Of a stretch of 64,000 bases of DNA, positions 57,691 to 64,000 are shown in pieces. Numbering within the stretch: the stretch's first letter is position 1; every line of letters begins with the position of its first letter. The stretch covers positions 5,771 through 69,770 of the forward strand of contig CAYQNR010000005.1 of the NCBI GenBank assembly GCA_964418945.1, given 5' to 3'. The translations under genes were made by a program, and so were the position numbers. This stretch comes from an uncultured Desulfobacteraceae bacterium (lineage in GTDB: Bacteria; Desulfobacterota; DSM-4660; Desulfatiglandales; HGW-15). The notes below the pieces were generated by a model. It did no database searches. It saw only the letters and a list, made by a program, of their open reading frames with translations, and was not told the DNA's origin.

Positions 57691-57761
57691 AACCTTAATG
57701 ACCCATATAGCACAAGATATTTAGATATCATTAACTAGCGTACTTATTAACCAGATGAACC
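57691..57761. repeat. 'Right-end' unit of the repeat family without the nested MITE (empty site)
   Basis: AACCTTAATGACCCATATAGCACAAGATATTTAGATATCATTAACTAGCGTACTTATTAACCAGATGAACC parallels 46339..46352 plus 46550..46613. Confidence 0.6.
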
Positions 57762-57784
57762 GAAAATGAACGGTGGATTCTGTT

Positions 57785-59611
57785 TTATTGATGGATGTCC
57801 ATGTATTCCGCAATAAGATCCCTGGCAATTGGGGCAGCGACGGTACCCCCGTGTCCGGCGTTTTCTATAAGTACTGAAATGGCAATTTTCGGATACTCCA
57901 CCGGTGCAACCGATACAAACCATGCATGATCTTTGAATTCCTCTGGTGTTTCGCCTTCCGAACCTATAGCCCTTGAGGTATCAATGCCAATGACCTGAGC
58001 AGTCCCTGTCTTTCCTGCGATGGACACTCCGTCGACAGAGGCGCTGAACCCGGTGCCTTGAGGATCGTTAACAGCCGCAAAAAGGCCTTTCTTCAGAAGT
58101 TCAAGGTTTTCCTCACGGACGCCGATTTCCCCCACTAATGTAGGTGTAAATTGATACACATAGTCCTTATCATCTGCAATTCGTAGTACAATCTTGGGCT
58201 GATATAACCTTCCGCCGTTGAATACAGCCGAGATCAATCTTGCCATTTGTAGGGGTGTTACTAGCACAAAGCTCTGACCGATTGAGGCCGAAATGGTCTC
58301 ACCAGCCTGCCAGGCAACGCCCCATCTCTTTAGCTTCCATTCTGTTGTAGGTATCAGCCCCTCCTTTTCGTTATCCAGTTCAAACCCTGTCTTTTGGCCT
58401 AGACCACACAGCTTCGCATAATAAGCTATTGTATCTATTCCCAGGCGGTTGCCGGTTTTATAAAAGTAAACATCGCAAGATTCCTTTAATGCCCTATGCA
58501 GTTTGACAGCGCCGTGTCCTGTTTCTTGCCAGCAATTATATGTACGGTTACCTAGTATATAGTACCCCGGACATTCAATCTCTTCCTCGGGATCAACAAC
58601 CCCCTCCTCCAATCCGGCCAGGGCCACAACAATCTTGAATACGGACCCAGGAGGATACTGTCCGGAAATGGCCCTGTTCTGAAGGGGAAAACTATGGCTG
58701 GAGATCATCTTTTCCCATTCGCTTTTCTCCACACCCTTGATGAATATGGTAGGGTCGAAGGCCAGACTGCTCGCCATGGCCAGAACCTGTCCGTTGTTGG
58801 GATTGAGCACCACAATAGCACCTTTTTTGCCCTCCAGTTTCTCTTCAGCCAGTAGTTGAAGATCTTTGTCGATAGTAAGCGTTATATCCAGTCCGGGTAC
58901 AGCCGGTTTATTGGATATAACCCGCAACCTCCGACCGGCCGCGTCTACTTCAACCTGCATACCGCCTGCTATACCATTTAAGTAGCTCTCCCATTGTGCC
59001 TCAACCCCTGATTTTCCGATAAAGTCTCCCGAATTGTTATCCGGATACTTTCCGCTTTTTAGTTCCTTTTCACTTATTTCTCCGAGATATCCAATGACAT
59101 GAGAAGCGAAATTCCCAAATATGTAGTTCCTCTGGGGACTAACCTCTACCATTACCCCGGGCAAGTTAAACAGATTGCTCTCAATAACAGCCAATTCATC
59201 TCGCTCCATATCCTTTTTGATTAATTTAGGTTTATACGCATATCTCCTGGGGATACCTTTCAATTTGTCCTCAACCTGTTCTGGGTTAATATTCACGAGG
59301 AGTTTCAGGGTTTTCAAAAGCTCCTTTTTATCATTGATATCCTCAGGCAGGAGGTAAAGATCATAGGAGGGACGATTATTAACCAGCAACTCTCCGTTAC
59401 GATCCAGGATCATTCCCCTGAAGGGTGGGATCTTCAGAAGATGTATCCTGTTATTCTCCGACTGAGATCTATAGCCCGGACCATTTACTATCTGGATAAA
59501 CCACAATCTTAACATCAAGGCGGAAATGATCACTATGGCAGTGAACATAGCTATCCTAAGTCGCCTGTTCAAGATCTCTACCAAAACTGGATCAAAGCCT
59601 GAGCTTCTCAA
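57785..59611 (-). CDS. mrdA: Penicillin-binding protein 2 (elongasome transpeptidase)
   Basis: An N-terminal TM anchor is present. Motifs: active-site Ser PPGSVFK, then SCDVYF, then KTGTAQ. Confidence 0.92.
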   Translation of the reverse strand: MRSSGFDPVLVEILNRRLRIAMFTAIVIISALMLRLWFIQIVNGPGYRSQSENNRIHLLKIPPFRGMILDRNGELLVNNRPSYDLYLLPEDINDKKELLKTLKLLVNINPEQVEDKLKGIPRRYAYKPKLIKKDMERDELAVIESNLFNLPGVMVEVSPQRNYIFGNFASHVIGYLGEISEKELKSGKYPDNNSGDFIGKSGVEAQWESYLNGIAGGMQVEVDAAGRRLRVISNKPAVPGLDITLTIDKDLQLLAEEKLEGKKGAIVVLNPNNGQVLAMASSLAFDPTIFIKGVEKSEWEKMISSHSFPLQNRAISGQYPPGSVFKIVVALAGLEEGVVDPEEEIECPGYYILGNRTYNCWQETGHGAVKLHRALKESCDVYFYKTGNRLGIDTIAYYAKLCGLGQKTGFELDNEKEGLIPTTEWKLKRWGVAWQAGETISASIGQSFVLVTPLQMARLISAVFNGGRLYQPKIVLRIADDKDYVYQFTPTLVGEIGVREENLELLKKGLFAAVNDPQGTGFSASVDGVSIAGKTGTAQVIGIDTSRAIGSEGETPEEFKDHAWFVSVAPVEYPKIAISVLIENAGHGGTVAAPIARDLIAEYMDIHQ

Positions 59612-59668
59612 ATGGCACCCCTTTTATTGTCCAGATTCCGTGAATAGTAGAAAATCCTTCACTACACT

Positions 59669-60133
59669 CTACCGCTTGCGGTGGGGAGCTTCATTCTTAA
59701 AATTTATCAATAGCAATCTGCTTTCGAAATCTTCATCGTATCCCAGAAAAAGACGGTCCAAAAGATCCAGAAAATAGAAAAAAAACGGTGCAGTCACACC
59801 CGAACATATCATTGAGACCACGAATAACAAAAAATCAGAGACGGAAAAAACTATTTCCATGGAAAAAAGGTATAACAAACCGATCATCAAGCATTTCTTT
59901 ATTAGGACAATCAAGGATATAATGGTAATTTGACCTCCAGTGGAATAGAGATTCAGAGGCCCGGAAACGAGCCTAAGGCATATGAATGCTACCAGATAGA
60001 GGAGGGTAAAAAGCCCAGGTATACCCCCCGAAAAAATGTCGACAATAAACCCCTGGCCGAATGCAAAGATCCCGGCGCCTGTTTCCCCATGGAACGCCAG
60101 GAGATAGGCAATAAGAACTATAATAATATCCAC
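59669..60133 (-). CDS. mreD: Rod shape-determining protein MreD (start probably further upstream)
   Basis: This is a polytopic small membrane protein between mreC and mrdA. The frame stays open to 60262 and encodes a further TM helix (SFYILCWFISIVFILL) with no ATG/GTG/TTG in that stretch. The last ~9 codons run into the repeat at 59669..59695. Confidence 0.7.
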   Translation of the reverse strand: MDIIIVLIAYLLAFHGETGAGIFAFGQGFIVDIFSGGIPGLFTLLYLVAFICLRLVSGPLNLYSTGGQITIISLIVLIKKCLMIGLLYLFSMEIVFSVSDFLLFVVSMICSGVTAPFFFYFLDLLDRLFLGYDEDFESRLLLINFKNEAPHRKR

Positions 60134-60222
60134 ATCGATGGATTTAAAGATGGTATAGTTCCCAATGCCTCCTTTTAGCAGAATAAATACTATGGAGATA
60201 AACCAGCACAGGATATAAAAGC

Positions 60223-61086
60223 TTAATCTTTTTCTGTTAATTGACCGGCTAATGGGTCCTCCTTAAGTATCACCAACAACTCTTCCAATTTTGAGAAGTT
60301 GACTCTTGGGGTTATCTTAACATCCTTAAAGAGTTCTCCGGGCGGGTCTTTAACCTCAATAACATCACCGACCGGGATGCCCTTTGGAAATATTCGGTCC
60401 AGACCAGAAGTTACCACTACATCTCCCACCCTCACATCACTGGACTTAAGCACATAATCGAGCAGGCAGACTTTCGATGATAATCCTTTAACTATACCGG
60501 TGTCTCGGGAACGCTGTATTATGCAATCCACGGAACTGTTTTGGTCTATCACCAAAAGGACCTTAGCATAGTTGTATGAAACAGCGACAAGTTTTCCTAC
60601 AACACCCTCAGCGTTTACCACGGGCATATTCATTTTTATCCCCGCGTTTTCTCCTTTGTCTATTATCACGGATTGAAACCATCCGGTAGGGTCCTTCCCT
60701 ATAACTTGGGCGGCGATTACCGGTTGGTCGGTGCTTTCCTTGAATTGTAAGAGGCTTTGGAGCCGCTGATTGGTTCTAAGTAGCTCCTGGTATCGATACT
60801 TCACGCTTCTCAGGGAGTCGTTTTCCCTGTTCAGCCTTATGTTTTCATTGTGAGTATTTATCAATCCAAAATACTTTAACCATAATCCTTCAGTAACGTT
60901 GACGGTTTGTTTTATGAATTTTTGGAAGGGGGCTACCACTTCGATAATAGACTTTTCACAGGGGTTCCAATATCTCTCACCCTGCAAATGGGATGAGATA
61001 AAAAAAAGGGCGAAGAATAAGAGTAGTATCCATATCCAGAATATTTTAATCCGTTTGATAAACAGCAATGATTCTATAAGCCCCAA
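60223..61086 (-). CDS. mreC: Rod shape-determining protein MreC
   Basis: An N-terminal TM helix and coiled coil are followed by MPVVNAEGVVGKLV and VVTSGLDRIFPKGIPVG. Confidence 0.92.
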   Translation of the reverse strand: MGLIESLLFIKRIKIFWIWILLLFFALFFISSHLQGERYWNPCEKSIIEVVAPFQKFIKQTVNVTEGLWLKYFGLINTHNENIRLNRENDSLRSVKYRYQELLRTNQRLQSLLQFKESTDQPVIAAQVIGKDPTGWFQSVIIDKGENAGIKMNMPVVNAEGVVGKLVAVSYNYAKVLLVIDQNSSVDCIIQRSRDTGIVKGLSSKVCLLDYVLKSSDVRVGDVVVTSGLDRIFPKGIPVGDVIEVKDPPGELFKDVKITPRVNFSKLEELLVILKEDPLAGQLTEKD

Positions 61087-61096
61087 GGATAAACTG

Positions 61097-62251
<1,155 letters not shown>

Positions 62252-62303
62252 TCAATTTTTAATCAACAAAAAAATCCGATAGAAGGCATATAGATAACAT
62301 AAA

Positions 62304-62438
62304 ATGAAAAGGACATTTCAGCCAAGCAATATAAAAAGAGCACGTGCCCATGGTTTCAGGGCTAGAATGAGTTCCTCAGGCGGTATAAAGGTTATAAAAC
62401 GGAGAAGGGCCAAGGGACGAAAACGGTTATCAGTGTAA
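62304..62438 (+). CDS. rpmH: 50S ribosomal protein L34
   Basis: [44 protein letters not shown]. It is below the ORF-track length cutoff and was found by hand. Confidence 0.95.
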   Translation: MKRTFQPSNIKRARAHGFRARMSSSGGIKVIKRRRAKGRKRLSV

Positions 62439-62786
62439 TTGCATTTCATGGAGTCTCTTTCATTCCCTAAAAGCCGAAGGTTATTGAAACGAAAGGATTT
62501 TGTCAATCTAAATCGATTTGGGGAAAGGTATAACGCTGCACATTTTACCATTATTTTTAAAGAGAACCGATTAAACGATACCAGGCTGGGGATAACCGTA
62601 AGTAAAAAAATCGGGAAAGCGGTAAAAAGGAACAGGATTAAAAGGCATCTAAGGGAATTTTTCAGATTAAATAAACAATTGTTTCCCAAAGGTTATGATA
62701 TCGTCATCGTTGCAAAAAAAGGTGCCGAAAGTCTTGGTTACTGGAAAATAAACGAGGAGCTTAGTGAGATTAGCCTTGATAAATAA
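62439..62786 (+). CDS. rnpA: Ribonuclease P protein component
   Basis: [16 protein letters not shown]...[23 protein letters not shown]. The start is TTG at 62439 or ATG at 62448. Confidence 0.9.
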   Translation: MHFMESLSFPKSRRLLKRKDFVNLNRFGERYNAAHFTIIFKENRLNDTRLGITVSKKIGKAVKRNRIKRHLREFFRLNKQLFPKGYDIVIVAKKGAESLGYWKINEELSEISLDK

Positions 62787-63009
62787 TTCTTTGTTCAATT
62801 TAAGATATATACCTGTTTGTCTGATATTAATATACCAGAAGATAATCTCTCCCTTTATCCCCCCTTCCTGCCGTTTTTATCCCTCTTGCTCCGTGTATGC
62901 CCGCCTGGCTATCGAGAGGTATGGAATGCTCAAGGGAGGAGTAATGGCATTGATCAGGCTATCCAAGTGCCATCCCTTGCACCCCGGAGGATATGATCCC
63001 CTTGACTAG
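62764..63009 (+). CDS. yidD: Membrane protein insertion efficiency factor YidD
   Basis: [31 protein letters not shown]...[15 protein letters not shown]. Confidence 0.9.
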   Translation: MRLALINNSLFNLRYIPVCLILIYQKIISPFIPPSCRFYPSCSVYARLAIERYGMLKGGVMALIRLSKCHPLHPGGYDPLD

Positions 63010-63069
63010 AAGTGGTGGGTATTCGGACTCAAAGTCTGTCATTCTACATCTCTGGAGACGGTTTGATAA

Positions 63070-64000
63070 ATGGAACAAAGGTTAGTTTTGGCTTTTGCCT
63101 TATCTTTTTTGGTTCTTGTTATATGGTCATATATATATGCCCCTAGACAGGAGCCTGGAGTTCCAGAGGGCGCGGATATTCAGGAGGAAAAGAAAGAAGA
63201 AATACCCGCTGCCACAAAATCTCCGGTCATTGATCTGCCAGTTTTGCAGGATATTGGTGAACCGATAACAGAAGCACAGGAAGGGGCTTTGGTCAGAGAG
63301 AAGGGGATCCTTGTAGAGACGCCTCTGTATCAGGCCATGTTTTCTAATAAAGGGGCGTCGATAAACAGTTTTAGATTAAAAAACTATCGAACCACAACAG
63401 ATCCTGAATCACCCCCCGTACAACTAGTCAACCTGGAAAATAATAACAGAGATTCTTTTTTCATAGGATTTTATGAAGACATGGCCTCTGGAGAAGAAAA
63501 GGTCTCTTACCGTGTCAGTGAGGAGTCCTTGGTCCTCACACCCGAGTCCGAGCCAAAGGATCTGACCTTCAAGGTTTTAAGGTCGGATGGTATTGGAATC
63601 GATCAGACTTTTCGGTTCTATGCCGATAGATATTATATTGATATATTTCTCAAGATTACCAATTACTCCGATTCATTATGCGATGGCAGTATTATGGTTT
63701 ACCTTAGAAACCTTCCCCCTGAAGATAAAAGCAGTTATTACGCATTTTCCGGAATAGCCCTTTTGCTGGAGAATGAACTTGAAGAGATCAAGCCGAAAAA
63801 GCTGAAAGAGGATAAATACCTTTCGGGCAGGATAGAATGGGTGGCCTATGAGAACGGTTATTTTATATCCGCCATCATCCCGGAGGATCAAAAAAAGGGT
63901 GATTTTAAAGGAAGCCTCTTGCCTTCGGGTATTGTTAAAGCGGTTTATGCAGCGCCTGCTACTTCCCTGCAACCCTATGAGAGTATCCCATCACGGTTCA
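63070..64000 (+). CDS. yidC: Membrane protein insertase YidC (5' part; runs off the window)
   Basis: The ATG at 63070 gives MEQRLVLAFALSFLVLVIWSYIY, followed by a periplasmic domain (ETPLYQAMFSNKGASINSFRLKNY). The frame is open to the window end, and it is absent from the track because no stop is reached. Confidence 0.9.
   Translation, partial: MEQRLVLAFALSFLVLVIWSYIYAPRQEPGVPEGADIQEEKKEEIPAATKSPVIDLPVLQDIGEPITEAQEGALVREKGILVETPLYQAMFSNKGASINSFRLKNYRTTTDPESPPVQLVNLENNNRDSFFIGFYEDMASGEEKVSYRVSEESLVLTPESEPKDLTFKVLRSDGIGIDQTFRFYADRYYIDIFLKITNYSDSLCDGSIMVYLRNLPPEDKSSYYAFSGIALLLENELEEIKPKKLKEDKYLSGRIEWVAYENGYFISAIIPEDQKKGDFKGSLLPSGIVKAVYAAPATSLQPYESIPSRF

Noticed and set aside
59606-59625. A sigma-54-like TGGCAC-N5-TT element near the mrdA start.
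   Set aside because: The -12 element reads TTAT rather than TTGC. It lies on the strand opposite to all local genes, so no plausible target exists.

Overview
This 64-kb window looks like chromosome from a Desulfobacterota-type (deltaproteobacterial) anaerobe; that placement is inferred from gene content and repeat style only. Positions 1-32.5 kb are an accessory patchwork. It opens with an operon-like run of exported proteins: a type-B carboxylesterase, a Tat-exported cupin-like protein, a UGSC-family selenoprotein whose two ORF-track pieces are joined by an in-frame TGA, and a second cupin copy carrying an in-frame TAG. Further exported hydrolases follow: a second carboxylesterase, an alpha/beta hydrolase, a beta-helix protein, a beta-propeller and a GH51 enzyme. 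The rest of this part holds a zone of truncated gene remnants, an orphan glycyl-radical enzyme with its activase, and SnoaL-like and cupin-like genes that share a leader motif. It also holds an enoate-reductase-like flavoenzyme, an FHA-GAF plus MshEN-like pair, and a five-gene predicted periplasmic redox module. That module comprises a membrane-anchored protein, Tat-DUF362, a NapH::NapG fusion and two Tat-exported Fe-S aldo/keto reductases. Positions 32.5-42.9 kb carry sucCD-like genes, a GntR regulator, a GlpA-like/DUF1667 flavoprotein trio, a MATE pump, an HSL-type esterase and trmO. Positions 42.9-64 kb are core genes: polA, rny, zapA, atpF'FHAGDC, bactofilin, rodA-mrdA-mreDCB and rpmH-rnpA-yidD-yidC. 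Intergenic DNA contains several hairpin and MITE-like repeat families, including one nested insertion with a target-site duplication and an empty-site paralog. I saw no rRNA, tRNA, CRISPR array, transposase or integrase. All functional calls rest on motifs I recognise in the translations; no database search was run.
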